The notes under the pieces: model-generated
Databases searched by the model: none
What the model was told of the DNA's origin: nothing
The model's input: the letters and a program-made list of their open reading frames with translations, nothing else
Shown: positions 18,013 to 27,057 of the stretch, one piece after another
Numbering within the stretch: position 1 is the stretch's first letter
Layout: every line of letters starts with the position of its first letter
NCBI RefSeq assembly: GCF_000020025.1
Contig: NC_010628.1
Coordinates: 6,870,001 to 6,902,000 of the forward strand
Reading direction: 5' to 3'
Length of the DNA stretch: 32,000 nt
Origin: Nostoc punctiforme PCC 73102
Lineage (GTDB): Bacteria > Cyanobacteriota > Cyanobacteriia > Cyanobacteriales > Nostocaceae
Translations under genes and position numbers: made by a program

Positions 18013-18591
18013 AGCCTACTTCCCCTGCACCGTGATCAACATAATTTACCTAGAGCTTTCCAGGTCTGTAAAACCGTGCCATAAAAATGCCGTATAGAAT
18101 TTACTCTACAAGTGTATATTGCAACAACCTGTTTTGTACCTTCCCGAAATTTTGAGTCACATTCTAGTACTAATTTTTTGCTTTCGCCCAGAAAGCCTCA
18201 ATTGTTTGTCTTAATTCTTAGTATTTTTGTTTAACACAACTATTATCAGCCTTCGATAGCACAAACCACAACTACCGCTTTTAATCACGGCATAAATGTT
18301 GTGGTTGCAAGAATGTATTGATAATTGATTCTTTTGAGACTTTCCCAGTACGAAGTAACAAAAATACTACTATTGGGGACTCGACCCTGATAACGGGAGA
18401 ATAAAGATAATATCATAATTAACCTTTAATTACAATTACCTATTTGGGTATATGGACTTTTGCTTCATTTTTTCTAAATTGTTAATGGATATGCAGAAAG
18501 CTGTCTATCTTGATTGCTAGTCTATGAAGGGGAATAGTGAGAGAGAAAAACCCAAAGCGATATATATTGTCGTTAGAGTCAAATCCTCACG

Positions 18592-18657
18592 GGGTATGGG
18601 CTGAAAAGTTAAAAATCAAAAATTAAAAATTCAGCTATTCCCTAAGACCCTTTTTTG
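18592..18657 (+). terminator. Terminator- or attenuator-like bulged hairpin plus T6, 125 nt upstream of pdhA
   Basis: gggt...accc forms the base, gctgaa/ttcagc (18601-18606 / 18631-18636) forms the inner stem, and an A-rich loop lies between. TTTTTT (18652-18657) follows immediately. Confidence 0.3.
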
Positions 18658-18780
18658 GTGCATAAATAAAGTTTGATTGTTGAGTCTTACAAACGCTAGC
18701 CTGTTAAAAGCCGAGGTGTTATCAGACCAACTTATTTAAGACCGTAACTTTAAGTTGTACAACAGGGATACTCAAAAATA

Positions 18781-19815
18781 ATGGTTCAAGAGCGTACTTT
18801 ACCCACATTTAATCCTGCTACTACGCAAATTACTAAAGAAGAAGGGTTATGGTTGTATGAGGATATGGTTTTAGGGCGCTTGTTTGAAGACAAGTGCGCT
18901 GAAATGTACTACAGGGGCAAAATGTTTGGTTTTGTTCATTTGTACAACGGTCAAGAAGCTGTTTGTACGGGTGTTGTACAGTCAATGCGACCGGGTGAAG
19001 ATTACGTTTGTAGTACTTACCGCGACCACGTTCATGCTCTGAGTGCGGGAGTACCAGCAAGAGAGGTAATGGCAGAATTATTTGGCAAAGCCACAGGTTG
19101 CAGCAAAGGGCGCGGTGGTTCCATGCACATGTTTTCTGCGGAACATCGTTTGCTGGGTGGCTATGCTTTTGTGGCTGAGGGAATTCCTGTAGCAGCTGGA
19201 GCAGCTTTTCAAAGCAAATACCGCCGCGAAGTGCTGGGAGATAAAAATGCTGACCAAGTGACAGCTTGCTTTTTTGGCGACGGTGCAGCTAACAACGGTC
19301 AGTTTTTTGAGACACTAAATATGGCAGCCCTATGGAAACTGCCAATTCTTTTTGTAGTCGAAAATAATAAGTGGGCCATTGGGATGTCTCACGAACGAGC
19401 CACTTCCCAGCCAGAGATTTATAAAAAAGCCAGTGCATTTAACATGGTGGGCGTGGAAGTAGATGGTATGGATGTTCTAGCAGTCCGAGCCGTCGCTCAA
19501 GAAGCCGTCGCTCGTGCCCGTGCAGGTGAAGGCCCAACATTAATTGAGGCGCTTACCTACCGCTTCCGTGGTCACTCCTTGGCTGACCCAGATGAAATGC
19601 GGAGCAAAGCTGAGAAAGAATTTTGGTTTGCCCGTGACCCAATTAAGAAGCTGGCTGCTTATTTGCTAGAGCAAAACCTGGCGAATGAGGGAGAAATCAA
19701 AGCAATTGACCGTAAAATTCAGGATGTAATCGACGAGGCAGTTAAATTCGCCGAAAGCAGCCCCGAACCAGACCCCAGCGAGTTATATCGTTTTGTGTTT
19801 GCAGAAGACGAATAA
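18781..19815 (+). CDS. pdhA: Pyruvate dehydrogenase E1 component, alpha subunit
   Basis: 344 aa. The TPP-binding region [36 protein letters not shown] and the phosphorylation-loop-like [12 protein letters not shown] are typical of E1-alpha. Confidence 0.93.
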   Translation: MVQERTLPTFNPATTQITKEEGLWLYEDMVLGRLFEDKCAEMYYRGKMFGFVHLYNGQEAVCTGVVQSMRPGEDYVCSTYRDHVHALSAGVPAREVMAELFGKATGCSKGRGGSMHMFSAEHRLLGGYAFVAEGIPVAAGAAFQSKYRREVLGDKNADQVTACFFGDGAANNGQFFETLNMAALWKLPILFVVENNKWAIGMSHERATSQPEIYKKASAFNMVGVEVDGMDVLAVRAVAQEAVARARAGEGPTLIEALTYRFRGHSLADPDEMRSKAEKEFWFARDPIKKLAAYLLEQNLANEGEIKAIDRKIQDVIDEAVKFAESSPEPDPSELYRFVFAEDE

Positions 19816-19817
19816 AC

Positions 19818-19908
19818 AGTGCTGAGTTATGAGTGCTGAGTGCTGAGTACTTTTGATTTTGCTCAGGACTCAGCACTAGGTACTCAGTACTACACCTTAC
19901 TCAGGACT
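19818..19908. repeat. GTGCTGA-type heptamer arrays forming an imperfect hairpin downstream of pdhA
   Basis: agtgctgagtgctgagt (19832-19848) pairs with gctcaggactcagcact (19861-19877) around a ttttgatttt loop. The same heptamer family occurs at 5018-5050 and 5131-5157. Confidence 0.65.
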
Positions 19909-19915
19909 AAAATTT

Positions 19916-20785
19916 GTGTTTAGCATTGCAGTTCAACAGCAACAGTACAAGACGTACATTCTTTCTGATGAAGCCGCTGGTTCTCAATTGGAAGTAGTAC
20001 CAGAACGCGGTGGTATCATCACTCGTTGGCGCATTCAAGGACAAGAAATTTTCTATCTGGACACTGAACGCTTTACTCATCCTGATTTGAGTGTCAGAGG
20101 TGGGAACCCAATTTTGTTTCCTATTTGTGGCAATCTTCCAGATAATACTTACACTCACAACGGGCAACAATATACTCTCAAACAACATGGTTTTGCCCGT
20201 GAATTGCCGTGGAAAGTAACAGAACAAGAAACTAGAGATAAAGCTAGTCTCACTGTTGTTCTTGATAGCAATGAGCAAACTAAGGCAGTTTATCCTTTTG
20301 ATTTTCAGCTGGCTTTCACCTACGAACTTCAAGGTAATACCCTAGAAGTCCGCCAGCAGTATAAAAACTTATCATCCACACCAATGCCCTTTTCGGCTGG
20401 TTTCCATCCCTACTTTTTATGTGGTGATAAAACTCAGCTAGAGGTTGAAATTCCCTCTAAGCAGTATCAAGACAATCAAACTAAGGAATTTCACTCTTTT
20501 GATGGCAATTTTGACTTTAGCCGTGATGAAATTGATTTTGCCTTTGGACAGCTAACGAGTCACTCGGCTACTGCAATAGATCGCAGCCGGAAGTTAAAAC
20601 TCACCTTGGATTATGATGATTTCTCTACTTACTTGGTATTTTGGACAGTCAAGGGCAAAGAATTCTACTGTCTAGAACCGTGGAGTGCCACCCGTAACTC
20701 TCTCAATACTGGTGATAACCTGACTGTGTTAGCACCAGGAGCTAGCCACACAGCATCTGTAAGGTTGACGGCTAATTTTTTCTAA
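19916..20785 (+). CDS. Aldose 1-epimerase (galactose mutarotase-like) family protein
   Basis: 289 aa with a GTG start. Family-typical segments are GGNPILFPICGNLP, HGFAR..PW and EPW near the C-terminus. Confidence 0.8.
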   Translation: MFSIAVQQQQYKTYILSDEAAGSQLEVVPERGGIITRWRIQGQEIFYLDTERFTHPDLSVRGGNPILFPICGNLPDNTYTHNGQQYTLKQHGFARELPWKVTEQETRDKASLTVVLDSNEQTKAVYPFDFQLAFTYELQGNTLEVRQQYKNLSSTPMPFSAGFHPYFLCGDKTQLEVEIPSKQYQDNQTKEFHSFDGNFDFSRDEIDFAFGQLTSHSATAIDRSRKLKLTLDYDDFSTYLVFWTVKGKEFYCLEPWSATRNSLNTGDNLTVLAPGASHTASVRLTANFF

Positions 20786-20846
20786 ACCCCTTTACAAATC
20801 TACAGATGTATATGCTATGATTGCAAAGTTGCGAAATGCAGCGAAA

Positions 20847-20918
20847 GGGTCGCTAACTCAACGGTAGAGTACTCGGCTTTTAACCGATTAGTTCCGGGTT
20901 CGAATCCCGGGCGACCCA
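20847..20918 (+). tRNA. tRNA-Lys (anticodon UUU)
   Basis: Manual cloverleaf: acceptor GGGTCGC/GCGACCC, D arm ACTC-AACGGTA-GAGT, anticodon arm CTCGG-CTTTTAA-CCGAT, variable loop TAGTT, T arm CCGGG-TTCGAAT-CCCGG, discriminator A. CCA is not encoded. Confidence 0.92.
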
Positions 20919-20937
20919 TATAAGGGTTTAAGTAACA

Positions 20938-20977
20938 CTCGCCTCTGCTTTTATATCAAAAGCAGAGGCGAGTTTTA
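20938..20977 (+). terminator. Rho-independent terminator after tRNA-Lys
   Basis: A perfect 15-bp stem pairs ctcgcctctgctttt with aaaagcagaggcgag, with loop atatc, followed by TTTTA. Confidence 0.8.
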
Positions 20978-20990
20978 TTAGTAAATTTAT

Positions 20991-21094
20991 TAGGACTAAC
21001 GCAAATAATAGCCGAAACCCTAATTTTCAGGTAGGGGCGATACCCTACGGGAAAGCGCCTTGCGTCTACAACGTTTAGTTTTGCATAAGTCCTA
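20991..21094. repeat. 104-bp inverted-repeat (MITE-like) element
   Basis: Arms taggactaacgcaaa (20991-21005) and tttgcataagtccta (21080-21094) are inverted with 2 mismatches. A central hairpin is gtaggg-gcgata-ccctac (21031-21048). Confidence 0.45.
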
Positions 21095-21212
21095 TTTGTG
21101 AATGCGATCGCTCTAGAGAACAAAAATTTTCGCATAAGCGATCGCTTATCTTACCCAACGAAGTGCGATCGCCCTTTATAAAATCTGTTAGTTAGCAGAT
21201 GTGTGAATTTGG

Positions 21213-22148
21213 TCATTTGCCCGCGCTTTGGGTCTTTTTATTAAATTCAAATTTCACATTGGTGAGTTTTTCTGATACTTCCCATAGTTTTTTAGCGATC
21301 GCTTGGTCTTTAGATAATTCGTTTGATTCGACTTTTATTGGATAGCCGCGCATCTCCATAAACCCATTGGGGCCGAAATATTCTGCGCCTTTTAAGCCTG
21401 CTTCGGTTGCTGCCCGCAGAGTCGGTAATGCGCCCATCGTGATGTCTTGAGCAAGGATGCCGTTGAGATATTTCACAACGCCACCCGCAGTTCTCTGCAA
21501 TTCGGTTGCTGTCCAGCCAGGATGCGAGGCGGTTACAAGTGTATCGATACCCTTATCTTTTAGTTTTCGGTCGAGTTCGTAGGTGAAATAGAGGTTGGCA
21601 AGTTTGCTATCGCCGTAGGCTTTCCATTTGGCATAACTTCTCTTTTCCCAATTCAAATCATCGAAATCTATTTTGCCTATACTATGTGCGCCGCTCGAAA
21701 CATTGACAATTCGTGAGTCTTCGGTGTCGATCAAACGTTCCAAAAGCTGTCCCGTCAAAGCAAAATGTCCAAGATGATTAGTGCCGAACTGCAATTCAAA
21801 ACCGTCCGTCGTTTTTGAATATGGCGGAATCATCACACCTGCATTATTAATTAGTAAATCCAGACGCACATAATTTTTCTGAAAGTTTTCAGCAAAATTT
21901 TTAACTGATGCTAAATTCGCCAAATCAAGTTCCATTACCTTTACGTCGGCATCTTTATTCTGTTGAAGAATTTTTGCCAATGCCTTGTTTCCTTTGTCCA
22001 AATTGCGAACCGCAATGATTACAGACGCTTGTTTATTTGCTAAAACCCGCGCCGTTTCATAACCGATACCGCTGCTCGAACCCGTTACAATTGCTACTCT
22101 TCCTTTTTGACTCAGAATATTTTCCGTGTTCCATTTTTCATTTTTCAT
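21213..22148 (-). CDS. Short-chain dehydrogenase/reductase (classical SDR) family oxidoreductase
   Basis: 311 aa with cofactor motif TGSSSGIGYETA, NNAG, and catalytic S...YGDSK. GGAG lies 7 nt upstream of the ATG. NCG codons (ACG, GCG, TCG, CCG) are visibly commoner than in neighbouring genes. Confidence 0.88.
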   Translation of the reverse strand: MKNEKWNTENILSQKGRVAIVTGSSSGIGYETARVLANKQASVIIAVRNLDKGNKALAKILQQNKDADVKVMELDLANLASVKNFAENFQKNYVRLDLLINNAGVMIPPYSKTTDGFELQFGTNHLGHFALTGQLLERLIDTEDSRIVNVSSGAHSIGKIDFDDLNWEKRSYAKWKAYGDSKLANLYFTYELDRKLKDKGIDTLVTASHPGWTATELQRTAGGVVKYLNGILAQDITMGALPTLRAATEAGLKGAEYFGPNGFMEMRGYPIKVESNELSKDQAIAKKLWEVSEKLTNVKFEFNKKTQSAGK

Positions 22149-22160
22149 TTTATTTACTCC

Positions 22161-22186
22161 TAATTAATCGAACGTTCGTTTAATTA
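22161..22186. promoter_or_regulatory. Operator-like 26-bp palindrome between the TetR and SDR genes
   Basis: The site is taattaatCGAACGTTCGtttaatta. The 13-bp arms have 1 mismatch around a perfect 10-bp palindrome core. It lies just upstream of the SDR SD and start. Confidence 0.5.
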
Positions 22187-22202
22187 ATTCTCAAAAAAAG
22201 AA

Positions 22203-22775
22203 TTAATTCGTTACTGCATCCCACGCAATTTTATAGGTGGTTTCTAGCATTTTTTCATCCAAAACCAAAGCACCACTAAAATGCTCTTTTATCAATCCAG
22301 TCAGAGGCGCAAAGGTAAAAGCGGTAAAAATTTCCAGAGAAATATCCTTAAAAACTTTCTCCTCTTTACCGCGATTGAACAAATCTAGCATCGGCTTGAA
22401 ATAGGTCGAACTTTCATTTTTGCAAATGCGGTCAACCATAGGGGAATTAGCAAATTGCTCCGTAAAAGCAAATCTGACCGGATTTTTAATTGCGTATTGA
22501 TAATAATTATTCCAGATCATTTTAAAGGCTTTCTCCACCGATAGGTTCTGGTCGACACCTTTCAAAATCTCTGAACTCATTTCCTGCTTCACGAACAAAT
22601 ATATTTTATTGAGAAGGTTTTCTTTGTTTTCAAAATAGACATATATTGTCGCGGGCGAAACATTCGCGGTTTTTGCAATTTTCGACATCGAAGTATCAGC
22701 AAAACCATTTGCAGTAATCAGTTCGATTGCCGCATCACAGATTGCTTGATTTTTTTTGTCGTCTTTGTGCCTCAT
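22203..22775 (-). CDS. TetR/AcrR family transcriptional regulator
   Basis: 190 aa with an N-terminal HTH (TSMSKIAKTANVSPATIYVYFENKENLL) and a helical ligand-binding C-terminal domain. It lies immediately upstream of the SDR gene on the same strand. Confidence 0.9.
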   Translation of the reverse strand: MRHKDDKKNQAICDAAIELITANGFADTSMSKIAKTANVSPATIYVYFENKENLLNKIYLFVKQEMSSEILKGVDQNLSVEKAFKMIWNNYYQYAIKNPVRFAFTEQFANSPMVDRICKNESSTYFKPMLDLFNRGKEEKVFKDISLEIFTAFTFAPLTGLIKEHFSGALVLDEKMLETTYKIAWDAVTN

Positions 22776-22782
22776 AAATTCT

Positions 22783-22808
22783 ATAATAAACGAACATTCG
22801 GTTATTAA
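22783..22808. promoter_or_regulatory. Second operator-like palindrome upstream of the TetR gene
   Basis: The site is ataataaaCGAACATTCGgttattaa. It is identical to the 22161-22186 site at 18 of 26 positions and shares the core TAA.CGAAC.TTCG.TTA. It lies 8-33 nt upstream of the tetR ATG. Confidence 0.45.
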
Positions 22809-22865
22809 CCAGTGAATAGTTTTTTATGATAGCAATGCCTGCGGTGGTTGCCGTATCACCTCCCT

Positions 22866-22920
22866 GACGCTACGCGAACGTGGATGCAAGCAAGCTACGT
22901 GCAGCGTCTCGTAGAGAAGT
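22866..22920. repeat. Nostoc-type short dispersed repeat modules
   Basis: gacgctacgcgaacgt (22866-22881) is identical to 13360-13375. gcgtctcgtagagaagt (22904-22920) is identical to 24577-24593, and its tail recurs at 24608-24620. Confidence 0.8.
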
Positions 22921-23345
22921 GGGGGCTACGCCTACACGATCTACGCCATATTTAACGTGAGTCTTCGTTGGACGCTCACGTTAATTTATGTAACCAAGCA
23001 TAATTTAATGCCAAATGCAATAGTTAGGGAAAACACCCTGATAGCATTTGTCAGAAGTTTAGTGTGTTTAAGTTGAAGCGATCGCTTTGAGATGACCATT
23101 TGGGATACTAGGCTACCAGAGCTACTAGCTGTAGGGTAACTAAATCTACAGCGATACAGAGCAATGATGGTTCATAGTACAGGAGTACAGAACATAGTTA
23201 TAGTAACGATGGCATAAACTTTTTCAACATAGATACACGACACTAGTTATAATTTCCTATAAGTTGAAAAAACTCTTAAGATTTAGCGTAATAAATACGC
23301 TTCTCTCAGACCGACTAGCTGACAACCACATTAGGAGGACTATCT

Positions 23346-24425
23346 ATGGCGCTTGTACCACTGCGGCTGCTGTTGGATCACGCAGCTGAAAACGGTTACG
23401 GCATCCCAGCTTTCAACGTTAACAATTTGGAGCAGATTCAGGCAATCCTGAAGGCTGCTGTAGAGACAGATAGCCCCGTAATTTTACAAGCTTCACGCGG
23501 CGCTCGTAATTATGCAGGAGAAAACTTCCTCCGCCACCTGATTTTGGCAGCGGTAGAAACCTATCCTCACATTCCCATTGTCATGCACCAAGATCATGGT
23601 AATGCGCCTGCTACCTGCTACTCAGCAATTAAGAACAACTTCACCAGCGTGATGATGGATGGTTCTTTAGAAGCTGATGCGAAAACTCCTGCTAGCTTCG
23701 AGTACAACGTCAATGTTACCCGCGAAGTTGTAAATGTAGCTCATGCTTTGGGTGTCAGCGTTGAAGGTGAACTCGGTTGTTTGGGTTCTCTAGAAACTGG
23801 TGCTGGTGAAGCTGAAGATGGTCACGGATTTGAAGGTACACTCGACCACTCACAACTGCTAACCGACCCCGATGAAGCTGTTGACTTCGTAGAAGCAACC
23901 CAAGTAGATGCATTGGCTGTTGCCATTGGCACAAGCCACGGTGCTTACAAGTTTACCCGCAAGCCGACTGGTGAAATTTTGGCCATCAGCCGCATTGAAG
24001 AAATTCACCGCCGTCTGCCTAACACCCACTTGGTAATGCACGGTTCATCCTCTGTACCTGAAGATTTACTTGCACTGATTAACCAGTATGGTGGTGCAAT
24101 TCCTGAAACCTACGGTGTACCTGTAGAAGAAATCCAAAAAGGTATTAAGAGTGGTGTACGTAAAGTAAACATCGACACCGACAACCGTTTGGCAATCACT
24201 GCTGCTGTACGTGAAGCTTTGGCTAAAAAGCCAGAGGAGTTTGACCCCCGTCACTTCCTCAAGCCTTCTATTACATACATGCAAAAAGTTTGTGCTGAAC
24301 GCTATCAGCAATTTGGCACTGCTGGCAACGCAAGCAAGATTAAGCAAATTTCTTTGGAAGATTTTGCTGCTAAGTATGCTAAAGGTGAACTCAACGTTGT
24401 TACAAAGTCTGCTGCTAAAGTTTAA
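23346..24425 (+). CDS. fba: Fructose-bisphosphate aldolase, class II
   Basis: 359 aa with AGGAGG 8 nt upstream. Class II motifs are [38 protein letters not shown] and HGSSSVP. Confidence 0.95.
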   Translation: MALVPLRLLLDHAAENGYGIPAFNVNNLEQIQAILKAAVETDSPVILQASRGARNYAGENFLRHLILAAVETYPHIPIVMHQDHGNAPATCYSAIKNNFTSVMMDGSLEADAKTPASFEYNVNVTREVVNVAHALGVSVEGELGCLGSLETGAGEAEDGHGFEGTLDHSQLLTDPDEAVDFVEATQVDALAVAIGTSHGAYKFTRKPTGEILAISRIEEIHRRLPNTHLVMHGSSSVPEDLLALINQYGGAIPETYGVPVEEIQKGIKSGVRKVNIDTDNRLAITAAVREALAKKPEEFDPRHFLKPSITYMQKVCAERYQQFGTAGNASKIKQISLEDFAAKYAKGELNVVTKSAAKV

Positions 24426-24496
24426 TTTTGACAACAAATAAATAGGAGCATAGTACTGCTATACTCCTAAAAAATTGAGGATTTTAATATTGATAT

Positions 24497-24521
24497 AAAC
24501 CGGGTATTTACCCGGTTTTTT
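24497..24521 (+). terminator. Rho-independent terminator downstream of fba (A/T-flanked, potentially bidirectional)
   Basis: A 9-bp stem pairs aaaccgggt with acccggttt, with loop attt, followed by additional T residues. Confidence 0.75.
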
Positions 24522-24530
24522 ATTTATAAG

Positions 24531-24700
24531 GGGCTGGGAATTGGGAATTGGGAACTTGTACTGAGCGAACGCGAGTGCGTCTCGTAGAGAAGTCGTTGGC
24601 GCAGCCTCTCGTAGAGAAGTATTGGGAATTGGGAAAGAGGAGACAGGAATTCTTTAATTTTGAATTTTGAATTGATTTCTCCCCACTCCCCAATCCCTAG
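24531..24700. repeat. Heptamer arrays (TGGGAAT and the complementary CCCCAAT/CCCCACT) flanking dispersed-repeat modules
   Basis: The region reads gggaattgggaattgggaac (24535-24556), attgggaattgggaaag (24621-24637) and ctccccactccccaatccc (24680-24698), with gcgtctcgtagagaagt modules between them. Confidence 0.75.
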
Positions 24701-25509
24701 AACACCCGATGTTGTAAAGAAGGCATTTGACGACGGACTTGTTCTAACCTAGTTGGCTTGATTTCTGCGATCGCAATTCCCGGTTTTTCCCCAGCATCGG
24801 CTAAAATTACACCCCAAGGGTCAATAATAACGGCGTGGCCGTGGGTTAGACGGCGGCCGTAGTTATTCCCCGTTTGGGCAGGAGCAATGACGTAGGCGGT
24901 ATTTTCGATGGCTCTGGCTTGTAGTAGTACTTGCCAGTGATCTTTGCCAGTAAAGGCGGTAAAGGCGGCGGGAATAAAGATAACATCGGCTCCCTTCTCT
25001 GCTAAATGACGATACAGTTCAGGGAACCGGACATCATAACAAATAGAAAGTCCTAGATTACCGAGTTTTTCTGAAAAATGGACGGGGGGTAATTGCGTAC
25101 CAGCCACAACAGTGCTGGATTCCCGATAGGTGTTGCCGTCAGGAACATCAACATCGAATAGGTGTACTTTGTAGTAGCGGGAAAGTTCTTGACCGCTTGG
25201 GTCGATAAGTAGAGTGGTGTTATAAACTTTGCCTGTATTGTCTACAGGAAGTGGAAAGCTGCCGCCCAAGATCGTAATTTGAAAGCGTTGAGCCATTTTT
25301 TTGAGAAATTTTTCACTTTCAAGAGCGATCGCATCACCTTGTGCGAGTTTATCTTTTTCTTCTCCCATGTAGGAAAAGTTTTCTGGCAAGCCTACCAATT
25401 CAGCACCTCGACGCACGGCAAGCTCGATTAATTCTTCTGCCTGAGCCAGATTTTTGTGTAGATCGGGCACACTTGTCAATTGAATAGCGGCGGCTAAATA
25501 AGACTTCAT
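24697..25509 (-). CDS. Carbon-nitrogen hydrolase (nitrilase superfamily, Nit/amidase-like)
   Basis: 270 aa. The catalytic triad contexts are LPENF (Glu), YKVHLFD (Lys) and LSICYDVRFPE (Cys). Confidence 0.88.
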   Translation of the reverse strand: MKSYLAAAIQLTSVPDLHKNLAQAEELIELAVRRGAELVGLPENFSYMGEEKDKLAQGDAIALESEKFLKKMAQRFQITILGGSFPLPVDNTGKVYNTTLLIDPSGQELSRYYKVHLFDVDVPDGNTYRESSTVVAGTQLPPVHFSEKLGNLGLSICYDVRFPELYRHLAEKGADVIFIPAAFTAFTGKDHWQVLLQARAIENTAYVIAPAQTGNNYGRRLTHGHAVIIDPWGVILADAGEKPGIAIAEIKPTRLEQVRRQMPSLQHRVF

Positions 25510-25719
25510 AGATTCAACAACGAACAGTTGATTTATGGAAGATAGATTATCAAAATATATCGCTAGTTAAACATCTGTGGAACTTAATTGAAAATACCTC
25601 AGCCAAGATTTTCTTTAACAGACTGATTTTATTACTGATTTTAATCTTCCCCTAGGTTCTGGCAATCTGAGCAAGATTGGCATTAGTTTATGATCAAACC
25701 CTGATAAAAGTTACTTGCT

Positions 25720-26313
25720 GTGGATATTTCTATTCTTGTTCAAACATTTATCGCTGTGTTTGTTCTAGCAGATGCTGTGGGCAATATACCGATTGTCTTA
25801 GTTTTGACTAAGGGCATGATGCCAGATCAAAGAAACAAAGTTATAGATAAAGCAATTATCGTTGCGATCGCAGTTCTTTTGCTATTTGCTTTTGCTGGGC
25901 AAGTAATTTTAAATTATTTGGAAATTAGTATCGGCTCTTTGCGAGTAGCAGGAGGTGTATTGTTGCTGTTAATTGCTTTGCAAATGCTGCGGGGAGAATT
26001 AGATCAGCCAATTATTGAAGAAGGACGTGATGTCGCAATTACTCCACTAGCTTTACCACTGCTAGCGGGGCCGGGGACTTTGACAACGGTGATGTTGCTG
26101 ATGTCGAAATCACAAAGTCCACATATTGCTGTGGCGGTGGGTATCTTAGGGGCAATGTTTATTACTTGGTTGATTTTGCGTTTAGCAAATCTGATTGACC
26201 AGTGGATTGGTGCAGAAGGTGGAGTGATTGTAACTCAGCTTTTGGGGTTTCTGTTGGCGGCGCTAGCAGTAGAAATTGGTAGTACGGGAATTAGAGAATT
26301 ATTCTTGAGCTAG
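25720..26313 (+). CDS. MarC family (UPF0056) integral membrane protein
   Basis: 197 aa with a GTG start and six predicted hydrophobic helices. Family-like segments are VLADAVGNIPIVL and ITPLALPLLAGPGT. Confidence 0.85.
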   Translation: MDISILVQTFIAVFVLADAVGNIPIVLVLTKGMMPDQRNKVIDKAIIVAIAVLLLFAFAGQVILNYLEISIGSLRVAGGVLLLLIALQMLRGELDQPIIEEGRDVAITPLALPLLAGPGTLTTVMLLMSKSQSPHIAVAVGILGAMFITWLILRLANLIDQWIGAEGGVIVTQLLGFLLAALAVEIGSTGIRELFLS

Positions 26314-26351
26314 AAAACTCCTAAAAATATTCTGAGATTGTATACAAATGT

Positions 26352-26396
26352 AAACAAGTTTGAAAAACGAGAAATTCGCGCCTCTCAAACTTGTTT
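26352..26396. terminator. 12-bp hairpin between the convergent marC-like and trxA genes
   Basis: aaacaagtttga (26352-26363) pairs with tcaaacttgttt (26385-26396) around a 21-nt loop. No clean U-run is present on either strand. Confidence 0.35.
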
Positions 26397-26461
26397 GTAA
26401 AAATTAACCTAAAGCTAGAACAACATTGATAACTCAAAAGGATTTTGTTACCAATTGAGTT

Positions 26462-26785
26462 TCAAAGATACTTTTCTAAAGTGGAAGCTAATGTACTTTT
26501 AGGTACAGCACCTACCACCATATCTACTTTTTGTCCATCTTTAAAAATCATTAATGTAGGAATACTGCGGATGCCGTACTGACTAGCAACTTGAGGATTT
26601 TCATCCGTGTTGACTTTGACGACCTTGATTTGACCTTTGTACTGTTCGGAGATTTCATCGACAACAGGAGCTACCATACGGCATGGTCCGCACCAGGGTG
26701 CCCAAAAGTCAACTAAAACGGGTACATCGCTGTCGAGTACTTCTTGCTTGAAACTAGAATCGGTAACTTGTGCGGCTGTTGACAT
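26462..26785 (-). CDS. trxA: Thioredoxin (m-type)
   Basis: The WCGPC active site lies in [16 protein letters not shown] place the start at ATG 26785 ([12 protein letters not shown]..., 107 aa). The tracked start at 26803 is a non-ATG codon (ATT). Confidence 0.93.
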   Translation of the reverse strand: MSTAAQVTDSSFKQEVLDSDVPVLVDFWAPWCGPCRMVAPVVDEISEQYKGQIKVVKVNTDENPQVASQYGIRSIPTLMIFKDGQKVDMVVGAVPKSTLASTLEKYL

Positions 26786-26824
26786 GCCTAAAACCTTCGC
26801 CAATAATATCTGAACTTGGTGAAA

Positions 26825-26833
26825 ATTCTACCA
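26825..26833 (-). promoter_or_regulatory. Candidate extended -10 promoter element for trxA (TGgTAGAAT)
   Basis: The minus strand reads TGGTAGAAT about 40 nt upstream of the trxA ATG. There is no good -35 box. Confidence 0.3.
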
Positions 26834-26911
26834 TAGCAAAAACATCAGCTTGGGAGTCTAAGGATGTACATTTGCAAAGAAGCTCTAGAATTTATTTACA
26901 AACATAAGGAA

Positions 26912-26935
26912 CCGCCCGAACAGTAGTCCGGGCGG
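26912..26935 (-). terminator. GC-rich hairpin, candidate terminator downstream of the guaB3-like gene
   Basis: ccgcccg (26912-26918) pairs with cgggcgg (26929-26935). On the minus strand a T-rich tract (ttccttatgtttgt) follows. Confidence 0.35.
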
Positions 26936-27057
26936 AGTGTGGTGTGAGGAGTGAACGGAAACATTTGTCTCCGCTATCTCTATTGTAGGCGACATATCGA
27001 ATTTTTCCAGCAATTGTTTAGGGGGCTGGAAAAATTTATTGAAGAATTTGGGAGTGC

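Noticed and set aside
18353-18368. GTA...TAC motif upstream of pdhA considered as an NtcA site
   Set aside because: The spacing is N7 (or N10 to the next TAC), not the canonical N8.
19907-20332. 141-aa minus-strand ORF
   Set aside because: It is antisense to the aldose-1-epimerase-like gene, which has family motifs. The antisense translation is low-complexity.
23859-24441. ORFs 23859-24041, 24066-24437 and 24211-24441
   Set aside because: They are antisense or alternate-frame readings inside the class II aldolase gene.
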